Positions 1 to 19,949 of a stretch of DNA of 64,000 bases are shown here, piece after piece. Source of the DNA: the human T2T-CHM13v2.0 reference genome, Homo sapiens; the NCBI RefSeq assembly GCF_009914755.1, contig NC_060927.1; one strand, 5' to 3'. How positions within the stretch are numbered: position 1 is the first letter of the stretch; each line of letters begins with the position of its first letter. A program made the position numbers and the translations under genes. A model generated the notes under the pieces. That model had not been told where the DNA came from. It searched no databases and saw only the letters and a program-made list of their open reading frames with translations.

Positions 1-344
1 TTAAAAAAAATTAGAAACACAATTAAATGAGAATTAGTGTATATCCAAAGATCACCATAGTGATAATACTCATTAAAATTATAAAATTGAGACCCTATTG
101 AAATGTCCTTTATTTTCCTGCAGACTGGATTACATGACATCATAAGTGTGTTCTGCAAAGAAACTTCAACTGTAGATCAAATATGCCTATAATACAAAGT
201 TCTTCATTACAGGAAACAACTGAATACCTTGCTGTCTTTTGAACTATATTTTCCCCTGTAGCTTTTGTGTCTATTAGAAATCAAGTAAATAGGTAAGTAA
301 TCAGTATATTGAAACTATTTGGGATACTAAAGGAGAAAAAATCT

Positions 345-575
345 AACATTTATTGAATACCTTTTAAGTGTCAGAAAGTTTTGTAAGTGCTTTATATGTG
401 ATCATTATTTTATTTGGTCCTCATAACTGTCCCCTGAGATACTATTCCCTGGTTTACAAATGAGGAAATATTTTCTCAGAGAGGTCTTTATTTGATACGA
501 TTAGTTGGCTAAGAGGGAGTGGATCAGGATCTAGGACTTAGATCAATCTGTCTCTCAAGCCTATTCTCTGTAGAC
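345..575 (-). mobile_element. MIR SINE (degenerate)
   Basis: Resembles the MIR reverse consensus: aacatttattgaatac...taagtgctttata...cctcataac...tttacaaatgaggaaa...ctcagagagg. Confidence 0.7.
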
Positions 576-1369
576 TATGTTTATTTTGAGCAACTACTTT
601 TGACTGATTACTCTTATATACTACATAATAACACATTCCCAAAATTATCTGATAGTCGTCTTTAGAATATGACATCATGACCTTATGATAAATGCTAACA
701 AAATTTTCTTACTTGCTGACTCTAATTAGAAGGACAGTTCTGTGTAATTTTTGGGAATCCTGGCAACATTTCTACAAAGGAGGGGTTCCTAGCTAGCAGC
801 TGTAGAAAAATCTCCATAAACATTTCATTTGATATTCTCATATTTTACATTACTGCAAGTGTTTTGCACACCCCAGGGATGTGAAATGTGCCATGAGAAA
901 TGCAGTGAGCTGCCAGTCAGTGCCCTGCAGGGGGATTTATGAAATGGTATCCTGCAAATGTTGTTTGTTTCTTTTCAGCCCAAACTGCGTGAATTATTTC
1001 AACTGAATCGGGAGGGTAGATGAAGGGGTGCAGGAATCTAATAGAGAAACCTGCACCCCTATTGTTGCTGAATAAGTGGTCTAAATGATGGACTACTTAT
1101 TGCGAAAGTCTGTAACTTTTTGTTTTGAGATACTGGTTTTATGTGGCTCCTGCAATTTTTTGAGCAATTACTCCCATCTTCATTATCTTTCTTCTTAAGG
1201 GAAAGCCATACTCGACTCTTTGACGTGCCCATGTCCCTACAGCCAGGAGACAGGCTGCATGTGAGGTGCTGATTGTTTTGTTCTGCTCAGGTTCTCTTTC
1301 CATGACAGAAGAAGAAGGGATAGTCTCAGGAGGTGGAAGGAGCTCGGTTGATTGGGAAGCATCATGGTT

Positions 1370-1540
1370 TCATAGAAAAACCTTGATCTTTTAAGAGCCT
1401 GAGTGTTAGTGGCAGCTCCTCTGCTTTCTAATTGTGTGACTTGGGCAAGGTTACTTCTCAGAGACTCCATTTTCTCATCTCTAATGTGGGAGATATAATA
1501 TTGTAGGGAGTAAATGAGATGGTATTTCTAAAATACTGGG
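1370..1540 (+). mobile_element. MIR SINE (degenerate)
   Basis: MIR core tgtgtgacttgggcaaggttactt...ttttctcatctctaatgtggg...taaatgagat. Confidence 0.7.
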
Positions 1541-2187
1541 TACTAATTATCATTAGTATCTAAAATATTAATGATAATTAGTAAAACTAATTATCACTGT
1601 TTTCATCATTGATGAGGCAGTGACACAAAATTCCCATTATGTTCTAAATACATACTGTTAGATGTCTGAGAGATTTTACATCATTGGTTGCTGCTTAAAC
1701 AAAGACCATTTTTTTTTTACTTTAGATATTGAAAGCAACCCAGTAGTGTTCCCTTTTTACTTAGTGGCTGCACATACCAATCATTCGAATGAAAACTCAC
1801 ATACTCTCCTGGGGGCTGTGTAGTACAGTGCCACAGATTATCTTACTAATAACTGAAATCCTGCTGTCTTCATATGAATTTATCAAATTATCTACTTTTA
1901 TAAGCATAAATGAGATTATATTAGCAGTGTACAGGTGAAAATTTATTTTATTTTTTTATTTTTTATTTCTTATTTTATTATTATTGTACTTTAAGTTTTA
2001 GGGTACATGTGCACAATGTGCAGGTTAGTTACATATGTATACATGTGCCATGCTGGTGTGCTGCACCCATTAACTCGTCATTTCGCATTAGGTATATCTC
2101 CTAAAGCTATCCCTCCCCCCTCCCCTCACCCCACAACAGTCCCCAGAGTGTGATGTTCCCCTTCCTGTGTCCAAGTGATCTCATTGT

Positions 2188-5983
<3,796 letters not shown>

Positions 5984-6046
5984 TTTAATGTTCACTGGTT
6001 ATCTTGCCCATTAATTGATGCAGTTTCTTCATAGCATCGATGGTCT

Positions 6047-7074
6047 TTACAATTTGGCCTGTTTTTGCAGTGGCTGGTACCAGTTGTTTCTTTCCATATT
6101 TAGTGCTTCCTTCAGGAGCTCTTGCAAGGCAGCCCTGGTGATGATAAAATCATTCAGCATTTGCTTGTCTGTAAAGGATTTTATTTCTCCTTCGCTTATG
6201 AATCTTAGTTGTCTGGATATGAAATTCTGCGTTGAAAATTCTTCTCTTTAAGAATGTTGAATATTGGCCCCACTCTCTTCTGGCTTGTAGGGTTTCTGCA
6301 GAGAGATCCGCTGTTAGTCTGATGGGCTTCCCTTTGTGGGTAACTTGACCTTTCTCTCTGGCTGCCCTTAACATTTTTTCCTTCATTTCAACCTTGGTGA
6401 ATCTGACAATTATGTGTCTTGGGGTTGCTCTTCTCGAGGAGTATCTTTCTGGTGTTCTCTGTATTTCCTGAATTTGAATGTTGTCCTGCCTTGCTATGTT
6501 GGGGAAGTTCTCCTGGATAATATTCTGAAGAATGTTTTCCAGCGTGGTTCCATTCTCCCCATCACTTTCAGGTACACCAATCAAATGTAGATTTGGTCTA
6601 TTCACATAGTCCCATATTTCTTGGAGGCTTTGTTCATTTCTTTTTACTCTTTTTTCTCTAACCTTGTTTTCTCACTTTATTTCATTAATTTGATCTTCAA
6701 TCACTGATAGATACCCTTTCTTCCACTTGATCAAATCAGCTACTGAAGCTTGTGCATTCGTCACGAAGTTCTCGTGCCATGGTTTTCAGCTCCATCAGGT
6801 CATTTAAGGTCTTCTCTACACTGTTTATTCTGGTTAGCCATTCGTCTAATCTTTTTTCCAGGTTTTTAGCTTCCTTGCGATGGGTTTGAACATCCTCCTT
6901 TAGGTCGGAGAAGTTTGTTATTACCGACCTTCTGAAGCCTACTTCTGTCAACTCGTCAAAGTCATTCTCCATCCAGCTTTGTTCCATTGCTGGCAAGGAG
7001 CTGCGATCCTTTGGAGGAGAAGAGGTGCTCTGATTTTTAGAATTTTCAGCTTTTCTGCTCTGGTTTCTCCCCAT
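6047..7074 (-). pseudogene. L1 ORF1p, disrupted
   Basis: MGRNQSRKAENSKNQSTSSPPKDRSS (6736-7074) and RPNLHLIGVPESDGENG...IIVRFTKVEMKEKMLRAAREKG (6150-6605); frameshifted. Confidence 0.95.
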
Positions 7075-8103
7075 CTTTGTGGTTTTATCTATCTTTGGTC
7101 TTTGATGTTGGTGATCTACAGATGGGGTTTTGGTGTAGATAAGATTTTTGTTGATGTTGATGCTATTCCTTTCTGTTTGTTAGTTTTCCTTCTAACAGTC
7201 AGGTCCCTCGGCTGCAGGTCTGTTGGAGTTTGCTGGAGTTCCACTCCAGACCCTGTTTGCCTGGGTATCACCAGCAGAGGCTGCAGAACAGCAAATATAT
7301 CAGAACAGCAAATATTGCTGCCTGATCCTTCCTCTGGGAGCTTCGTCCCAGAGGGGCAGCGGCTTATATGAGGTGTCTGTCGGCCCCTACTGGGAGTTGT
7401 CTCCCAGTTAGGCTACACGGGGGTCAGGGACCCACTTGAGGAGGCAGTCTGTTTGTTCTCAGATCTCAAACGCCATGCTGGGAAAACCACTGCTCTCTTC
7501 AGAGCTGTCAGACAGGGACGTTTAAGTCTGCAGAAGTTGTCTGCTGCCTTTTGTTCAGCTATGCCCTGCCCACAGAGGTGGAGTCTAGAGGCCGTAGGCT
7601 TTGTTGAGCTGCGGTGGGCCCCACCCAGTTCGAGCTTCCCCGCCGCTTTGTTTACCTACTCAAGCCTCAGCAAAGGCAGATGCCCCTGCCCCAGCCAGGC
7701 TGCCATCTTGCAGATCGATCTCAGACTGCTGCGCTAGCAGTGAGCGAGGCTCCACGGGCGTGGCAGCCACAGAGCCAGGCACAGGAGAGAATCACCTTGT
7801 GTGCTGGTTGCTAAGACCTTGGGAACAGCACAGTATTTGGGCGGGGAGTGTCCTGTTTTTCCAGGTAGTCTATCACAGCTTCCCTTGGCTAGGAAAGGGA
7901 AATCCCCTGACTCCTTGGGCTTCCCGGGTGAGGTGACACCCCACCCTGCTTTGGCTTGCCCTCCGTGGGCTGCACCTACTATCCAACCAGTCCCAGTGAG
8001 ATGAACCAGGTAACTGTTGGAAATGCAGAAATCACCCATCTTCTGTGTTGATCACGCTGGGAGCTGCAGACTGGAGTTGTTCCTATTTGGCCATCTTGGA
8101 ACC
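7075..8103 (-). promoter_or_regulatory. L1 5'UTR (internal sense promoter; antisense promoter faces the + strand)
   Basis: GC-richer 5'UTR upstream of ORF1; YY1 core GCCATCTTG at 8090-8098; ORF0-like frame on the + strand. Confidence 0.8.
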
Positions 8104-8107
8104 TACC

Positions 8108-9620
8108 CTGTATTGTGTTTTTGACTTTTTAATAATAGCTATTCTGACTGGTGTGAGATGTTATCTCATTGTGGTTCTTATTTGCATTTCTCTGATGATT
8201 AGTGATGCTGAGCATTTTTTCATATGTTTGTTGATCACTTGTATGTCTTCTTTTAAGCAAAGTCTGTTCATGTCCTCTGTTCATTATTTAATGAGTTTAT
8301 TTGTTTTTTGCTTGTTGATTTAAGTTCCCTAAGGATTCTAAATATTAGGCCTTTGTTGGACGCATAATTTGCAAATACCTTCTCCCATTCTGTAGGTTGC
8401 CTGTTTGTTCTGTTGATAGTTTCTTTTGCTGTGCAGAGTGTTCTTTAGTTTAATTAGGTCCCACTTGCTTATTTTTGTTTTTGTTGCAATTGCTTTTGGG
8501 GACTTAGCCAAAAATTCTTGGCCAAGGCCAATGTTGAGAAGAGTATTTTGTAGGTTGTCTTCCAGAATTTTTATAGTTTGAGGTCTTACATTTAAGCCTT
8601 TAATCTATCTTGAGTAAATTTTTGTGTATTGTGAAAGGTAGGGGTCCAGCTTCAATCTTGTACATATGGCTAGACAGTTATCCCAGCACCATTTATTGAA
8701 TGAGTCCTTTCCCCATTGCTTGTTTTTGTCAGCCTTGTCAAAGATCAGATGGTTGTAGGTGTGTGGCTTTATTTTTGAGTTTTCTATTCTGTTCCATTGT
8801 TCTATGTGTCTGTTTTTGTACCAGTACCAAACTGTTTTGATGACTGTGGCTATATAGTATAGTTTGAAGTCGGGTGGTATGACGCCTCTGGCTGTGTTAT
8901 TTTTGCTTAGGATTGCTTTAGCTATTCGGGCTCTTTTTGGTTCCATATGAATTTCACAATAGTTTTTTTCTAATTCTGTGAAAAATGACATTAGTAGTTT
9001 GATAGGAATAGCATTGGATCTGTAAGTTGCTTTGGTCAGTATGGCCATTTTTATGACATTGATTCTTTTAATTCATGAGCACAGAATTTTTTGGATTTAT
9101 TTGTGTTGTCTCCGATTTTGATTTGTTTCAATAGTATTTTGTAGTTCTCCTTGCAGAGATCTTTCGCCTCCTTGGTTAGCTCTATTCCTGGGTATTTCAT
9201 TTTCTTTGTGGCTATGGTAAGTGTGATTGTGTTGTTTATTTCACTCTCAGACTAGATGTTACTGGTGTATAGAAATGCTACTGATTTTTGTACATTGATT
9301 TTGTATCCTGAAATTTTACTAAAGTTGTTTACCAATTCTGGGATCCTTTTGATAGAGTGTTTAGGATATCCTAGATACAGAATCATATCTTCAGTGAAGA
9401 GAGAGAGTTCGACTTCTTTTCCTGTTTGAATGCCTTTTGTTTCTTTCTCTTGCCTGATTACTCTGGCTAGGACTTCTGGTACTATGCTGAATAGGAATGG
9501 TGAGAGTAGGACTCCTTGTTTTGTTCCAGTTCTCAAAGGGAATAGTTCAAGCTTTTGCCCAGGCAGTATGATGGCTGTGGGTTTGTCATAGATAGTGCTT
9601 ATTATTTTGAGGTATGTATT
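8108..9620 (-). mobile_element. Older L1 fragment (L1PA13-16/L1PB-like), 3' half of ORF2
   Basis: Diverged ORF2 translations at 8605-9048 ([18 protein letters not shown]...) and 9252-9629; no 3'UTR present. Confidence 0.88.
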
Positions 9621-9646
9621 TTTGAGCAAGTCTTAATGTGACTTGA

Positions 9647-10009
9647 TATCTTAGTTCACTTGGGCAGCTATTACAAACTACCATAAACTGGGTAGCTTGT
9701 AAACAACAGAAATTTATTTCTCATGGTTCTAGATGCTGGGCAGTCCAAGATCAAGGCACCAGCAGAGTTGATGTTTGGTAAGGGCCCATTTCCTAATCAT
9801 AGATGGTGCCTTCTTGTGTCTTCACATGGTGGAAAGGGGTAAGACAGCTCTCTAGGGGCCTTTTTATAAGGGCACTAATCCCATTTGTAAGGGCTCTGCC
9901 CTTATGACCTAATCTACTCCCAAAAGGCCCTGCCCCCTAATATCATCACCTTGGGGTTTAGATTTTAACATATGTACTTTGAAGATACAGAAACATTCAG
10001 ACCATAGCA
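9647..10009 (-). mobile_element. MaLR solo LTR (MLT1A/MSTD-like)
   Basis: taccataaactgggtagcttgtaaacaacagaaatttatttctcatggttct...agtccaagatcaaggcaccagcag...aaacattcagaccatagca. Confidence 0.85.
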
Positions 10010-10212
10010 CCTGATACAAATGTTTAAGTTACAAAAGTCTACTTGGCCATTTTCTAACTATCCATGGTATTTTCTATTTTTTAATAACAAACAATAGTAC
10101 TTATTGTTTTATTTTAAATTATGAGGGTAATTTTTGCTTTTCTTACTGAAAAAAAAATTTAGAAAATATAGAAAAATATTTAAAAGAAAATAAATACACC
10201 ACAAATTTAACC

Positions 10213-10427
10213 CAGGGGTTGGCAAATTATAGCCAGCAGGTTGACCAACTGTTTTTTATGAATCAAATGTTATTGGAAGAGAGCCACACCCCTTTGTTTA
10301 CTATTATCCATGGCTACTTTCCACACAACGATAACAGAGTTGTTTATTTGAGACAGAGACTACATGCCCCACGAAACCTAAAATATTTACCACCTGGCCC
10401 TTTACAGAAAAAGTTTGCTGGTCCCTG
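10213..10427. mobile_element. MER58A hAT-Charlie MITE
   Basis: Terminal inverted repeats caggggttggcaaa / tttgctggtccctg; 8-bp TSD atttaacc/ttttaacc. Confidence 0.88.
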
Positions 10428-10668
10428 TTTTAACCCTCTGAAATAATCTGTTATTAGTATACTTTTCAAAGGGATATTCTAGACATATTTTTAAATAGTC
10501 ATATTGTAAATTATGATCACATTATAAATAAAGTTATATATCTTTTGCTGATTTCACTTACCTCCATACCATCAGCATGTTACATATAATTATGAAAGAT
10601 AACCAGAGGCCAACATTTTTAATCATTGTATTATATTTCATCGTATAAAAATATTATCATCCATTTAA

Positions 10669-11048
<380 letters not shown>

Positions 11049-11334
11049 TCTAAGTTTTTTTAATAAATAATACTGTGGTGAATATCTTTGTATACAACTG
11101 CTTACATTTTTATCATTTCCTTAGACTAGATACTGTTAAATGTAATTATGGAATTAAAGGGTATCGACATTTGTAAGGCTTTGGATGAACATGCTGAGGT
11201 TTTAAAACGCCATTTCCAGAAAACTCTGGGCCTCTTGCAAGGTTGTATAACATCATTTGAATAAGCTACCACAGTGGACATGGCTTTGGACTTGAAGAAA
11301 TTACTATTTTCTCATACTTTAAATGCAAATGAGG

Positions 11335-11520
11335 ATAATTATAAAAATAACTAAACTTTAGTTTGGATAGAGCATTGTTCTAAGTGATTAACATATATTA
11401 AATCATTTAATCCTTACAACAATCTTTTGGGATAGGTCTCATTACCCTATTTTAACAGTGAAGTAACGATTAAAACTTAGAGTGACTCCGAAGCTCTTGC
11501 ATTTAACCACTGTGCTTAAC
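11335..11520 (-). mobile_element. MIR fragment
   Basis: tcatttaatccttacaacaatc...ataggt...ccctattttaacagtg...ttaaccactgtgct. Confidence 0.55.
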
Positions 11521-13019
11521 TGCTTGAATATTTCTGTATGTGTTCCTTTTTCTTTTCATATTCACTCTGTGGTTCTACTACTGTCAAGGATTGTGTCCTG
11601 TGTTAGGTTTCTAGAAAATATATTTTCACCCTAAAGGTTCTGTGACTTCTAAAAAGTTAGAAACGCTTTCACTTTACGGACTCCATCCTGTCAGCAGAGA
11701 GTAGTTTAATTCACATTTGATATTTCTTTTACTTTCTTGGGCTTTCTCAGTGTTTGTTTTCCTCATTTTCTCACCTCTCAGTACTTTGTGTTGTCAAAAC
11801 TTATCTCCAAAGTTTAAAGTTTACATATCATGCTGTTATTTTAAAAAGTAGTCTGGTGGTGCTTCTAATTATTGCTACTGCCATGAACACAGAGGCAGGC
11901 AGAAGCAGCTTCCAGAAGCTTAACGAAAATGTTATCTCCTATTTTTAAAAAGGATAAATGCAGACACAACTTTGGCTTGATGTTATAATTACTTCTTTTG
12001 GATTTCTAGCTATTTTTAAAACAAATTTACACCATTTTGTGCTTGTGTGAAACCTCAAGGATAATGTTCACTAGAGATCCTCCAATTATTTTTCCAGTGA
12101 GTAAGTTCCACCTCTTAATTGTTTTAATTAGCAAACCTATGAAAATTAATTAAAATTCTTATTATACTTCCAAAATTACATACCACTGACTACTGAACAT
12201 AAAATCTTAATCAAAATATTGAAAAGGCTGGAATCCAAGTCGCTTTAATTGTCTAATATGCTTCAAAGAGAGAAGCAATGAAAACAATAAGGTGAATAAA
12301 AAGAAGATGCTTTTTCAGGGAGTCTACAAGACCTTTTACATAGATGTTTCAAAACGATGATGGTGATGCTTCAGCTAGTGAAAAATTATCAGAAAGATAC
12401 AAAAAATGATGACGATGATGATCATCATCATCATGATAATGCTGGTTTCCTTCTTCTTCTACTGAGGAACAGAGTTGGTTTTCAGTAGAAGTGTCTACTT
12501 TGATGAGGGGGAAGTAATTCCTTTACAGCAAGTCCCTTGAAGCACTGCATGGAGATTATATGTGGCCACAGCCTAAGGAAGGGGCCTCAGCTAGTGTTCA
12601 AGCAGAGAAAGAAAGGAAGAAAAAAGAGAAGCAGATGGTTTGACTGACAGCAGGTGAGGAAACTGGTGCTCCTACCAAGTGCTAGCCTCTGGGTTAGGAG
12701 CTTTCACATAGGCTTTTTTTTTTTTTCTTCCAGAAAACAACCAGGTAGAAATTTGTAAGCATTAACCTCATTGTACAAATCAGATTTAAAGGGATTAACT
12801 AAACTGCCTAAACCCATACAAGGCCTTCTATCCTCAATCCTTCTCTCTCCCTTTGATGCACAGGCTAAGGTATGCAGTTTGGGTCATGTCTCCTCATCAA
12901 AGCCTAATCCAAATTCCATCCCTCCTATGGTCAGAGCCAGGATGAAGGTAGTTGTTTAAACTGGCTTTTAAAGTAAAATCAGGTAACAACAATGGCAACA
13001 ACAGCAACTAACTGAGTAA

Positions 13020-13262
13020 CAACCACAGTGACAACAGTAACTAATTGAAAATTAGAGTTTATTGTATGCCAGGCTAAGTATTTCCCATACATTATCTAAT
13101 TTTTGCTCCTAACAACTGAATAAGGAAGCTACTATTATTATTCTCTTCCACGTAGGAGAAAACTAAGTCATCCACAGTTTAATATTGGAGTTATGTAGTT
13201 GGTAAGTGACAGAATTTTTATTTAAACCTAGGTCTAATTTTAGAAATAATTTTAATCACTAC
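13020..13262 (-). mobile_element. MIR
   Basis: tattgtatgccaggctaagt...cattatctaattt...actattatta...gaaaactaag...gtaagtgacagaa...aaacctaggtct. Confidence 0.65.
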
Positions 13263-13270
13263 TTGGAAAA

Positions 13271-13328
13271 TACACACACACACAACTATGCGTGCGTGCG
13301 TGCGTGCTCACACACACACACACACACA
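13271..13328. repeat. Compound (CA)n/(TGCG)n microsatellite
   Basis: Direct reading of an alternating purine-pyrimidine tract. Confidence 0.9.
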
Positions 13329-13893
13329 TGCAAAGCATGAACACCATCACAGAGGTACGACCTTAAGCAAGCAGATGTATACAGCTTCTTAAATTAAAAC
13401 TAGATGGGGTGAGGTAAGGAAGATGTTGTAACAGATACTGATACTAGTAAGTTATAATAGGGCCAGATATTCAACTTTTTAAAGGCACTCATTTATTTTG
13501 TTTTATACATCGAGTCTCAATAGTGTTCAGTTTCCCTTCTAGTATTTCATCTTTTGTTGTAAACATTATAAAATTGGGCTTTTTTCAGCTCGTGAAAAAT
13601 TATCAGAAAGATATGAAAGCTGGCACAATTATTGTATCACTGAGAAAGATGTAGCTAAATGTGGATTATTGTTTATTTGAAATATATCAATACCTTGTTG
13701 GGAGAGGGCCAGCAAATTTCATTTACCAAAATGTGAATTTTGAAACAGACTACATTATCTAGTACACATAGTAGGTAGTTGATAAATGTTGAAAAACTGT
13801 GTGAAAAATAAAGAGTCTTTTATTTAATGACTACACCTTTTAAAAAATTATTATGAGTACATAATGGTTGTATATATTTATGGGACACGTGAT

Positions 13894-14090
13894 TTTTTTT
13901 CCAACTTCAATCTTTTTATTTTCTGCCAGAAAGATTAGGGGTAGGAAGGGGTAGGAACAAACACATCTTATTCACAAACAGCAACATCATCAGTAAACAA
14001 ATGTGGAAAAAGTGTCCATACTCATAATTAAAGTAATGCAAATTAAAGCAACAATGAAGTCGAATTTTTCACCTATTAAATTAGGGATAC
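13894..14090 (-). other. L1 3'-transduced segment with a second poly(A)
   Basis: Lies between the L1 tail and the TSD (13880-13893 / 16280-16293); minus-strand AATAAA at 13915-13920; T-run 13893-13900. Confidence 0.78.
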
Positions 14091-16279
<2,189 letters not shown>

Positions 16280-17739
16280 ATGGGACATGTGATGTATTGA
16301 AACAGGCATATGATGTATAACAGTTGAATCAGGGTAATTGGGGTATCCATCACCTCAAGCATTTATTCTTTCTTTTTGTTAAAAACATTTCAACTCTACT
16401 GTTTTAGTTATTTTTAAATATAAAATAAATTGTGGTAAACTATAGTCATCCTTTTGTGCTAACAAATACTAGATCTTATTCATTCTGTTGTTAAAAATAG
16501 AATGTTTTTGTACCCATTAACCATCTCTACTTCCTCCTCCCCACTTGCCTTCCCAGCCTCTGATAGATTGTTTCCATATCTTGACTATAGTGAATAGTGC
16601 TGCAATAAATATGGTAGTATAAATCTGTCTTTGATATATTGATTTTTTTTCTTTTGGATATATACCCAGCAGTAGGATTGCTGGAGCATATGGTAGTTAT
16701 TTTTTTTTAGTTTTTTGAGGAACCTCCATACTATTCTCCACAGTGGTTGCACTAATTAACATTCTTACCAACAGAATGTAAGCATTCCCCTTTCTCTACA
16801 TCCTCACCAGCATTTGTTATTACCTGTCTTTTGAATAAAAGCCATTTTAACTGGGGTGAGATAATATCTTATTGTAGTTTAATTTTCATTACTGTGGTGA
16901 TTAGTGATGTTGAGAACTTTTACATATACCTGTTGACCATTTGTCTGTCTTCTTTTGAGAAATGCTTATTCAGATCTTTTGCCCATTTTTAATCAGGTTG
17001 TTTTTTCTTATTAAGTTTGAGTTTCTTCTATATTCTGTTTATTAATCCCTTGTTGGATGGGCAATTTGGAAATATTTTCTCCCATTCTGTGGATTGTCTC
17101 TTCAATTTGTTGATTGTTTCCTTTGCTGTGCAAAAGCTTTTTAAGTTGATGTGATCCCATTTGCACATTTTTGTTTTGGTTGCCTGTGCTTTTGAAGTCT
17201 CACTCAAGAAATTTTTGCTCAGACCAATGTCCTGGAGTATTAAAGACTATGTATTAGTAAAATTGTTGATCTGCATAGAATAAACAAACTGGCTTGAAAA
17301 GAAAGCAGCACTTTTCTTAAGGGCTAATGCTTGCCTATGCAAATTAAATGATTAATCAAACACATTATCAGTAATAACTTTTATAAAAATCACTACTCCT
17401 GCTATTTTCTCTACTATTGTTTTTGTGCCAAAAGTACATATACAGCTTTCTACATTCTTTCCACCTGATTTAATATATCAAAGCTGATCTAAGTACCTTC
17501 TCCTGTTACATATATGTTACATATTTTATTTATAATACATCTCTTTTTGCATGCAAAGATATGCGAAATAGAGTAATTGGCAATATTGGACTTTGGTCCA
17601 GTTGGTTTGGAAAGTTTTTGTGCCTTCATGCTTATTCTTTAAGCATCGTGGATGCATTTTTAAAATTTTTCTCTGGATGCATTATAAGATAATGGTATCA
17701 ACTATTTTTCTCTAATAGTCTATCTAATGACTTGATGTA

Positions 17740-18783
<1,044 letters not shown>

Positions 18784-19109
18784 TACTTCTCTCCACTGAT
18801 ATGTGCATCTCTATCAGGTATGATACAGTAAAAGACTGTGATTAATGATATAAGTTCATTTTCATGATCAGATTTTTAATTTGAGGTCCTTAAAAGATCT
18901 CTAGCAAACCCTGAGTTCTTCAGAACACTATGGAAACCACAGCTGTAGGACATGGGAAAGTGAGAGGCACACACAGATCTGCATTGTAGAATGAAATCTC
19001 CTGTCATAAAATGGAGGATGAGTTAGTTAAAGAGGGGAAATATTAGAACCAAAGAGATTTGCAAGAAGGTTATTATGTAAGAGGATGGAAAATTAAACTT
19101 TGATACATG

Positions 19110-19153
19110 TCCTGCACATGTACCCTGAACTTAAAAAAAAAGTTGGAAAAAAA
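19110..19153 (+). mobile_element. Extremely 5'-truncated L1 3' tip
   Basis: cctgcacatgtaccctgaacttaaaa...aagttggaaaa; flanking TSD aaactt(t/c)gata(c/t)atg at 19095 and 19154. Confidence 0.75.
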
Positions 19154-19199
19154 AAACTTCGATATATGAATCAGGAAAAAAAAATGCAACATTTGATAA

Positions 19200-19700
19200 A
19201 TAAAATTGATTTTAAAAATTAGACAATTGTTAGTTATCAGGACTGATGAGTAAGAAGAGATCGTTGATGGCTTTTTGCTTTGGAAACTCAGGCAATTAAT
19301 GGTGAAGCTGCTGAGATAGACAAGCATGCTGAAGTCAGAGGTACGTGTTTAAGTTAGTTTACAGTAAAGTGGATGAAGAGTTTGATTTTACACATAGTGA
19401 AACTGAGATACTAAAAACAGCTAAGTGCAGATCTAGAATTCAGAAGAAACATTGGGGCTGCATATGAATTTGATAACCAGATTGACAAAGCTTACAGAAG
19501 TGGAGCCAGGAAAGAAGTGGAGACTGAAAAGAGAAGAGGGCTAAGGGCAAACAAACCCTGGGGATCATGACCTGTTATGGGGCATGTAGAAAAAGAGCCA
19601 CCAAAAGAGTCAGGAAAGCTAAGTTAAGCAGGAGACAGTTAACTTTATAGAAGTATGCAAAAGAGAGACTTGTAAGTAGAAAGAAGCAGCAAGTGTCAGG
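19200..19700 (-). mobile_element. L2 fragment
   Basis: Purine-rich degenerate L2-like sequence (gagtttgattttacacat...tagaattcagaaga...ggggctg...tatgaatttg). Confidence 0.5.
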
Positions 19701-19949
19701 CCATAAAGAAATGCAATTTTGACTCATTTTAGTTTTTTTCCTCTTGTTAATCCCTATGCACCTCTACTTTCTGCCATCCTTTATCCAATAACAATGATAA
19801 TAATAATAATGCCTCAGTAAATGATTTTACTCCTACTTCACAAATAAGTTTGATGCCATCAGGCATGACCTATTTCATATCCATCATCTTTGCCTTCACA
19901 ACCCTTCTCCTGCATGAGTCCTTCCCTTTCTTTTTCTATTCCTAAGGCA

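Noticed and set aside
960-1020. Acceptor-like ttgtttcttttcAG (978) and a partial CTCF-like ctgcaggggg (~926)
   Set aside because: There is no convincing downstream donor and the motif is incomplete; both are expected by chance.
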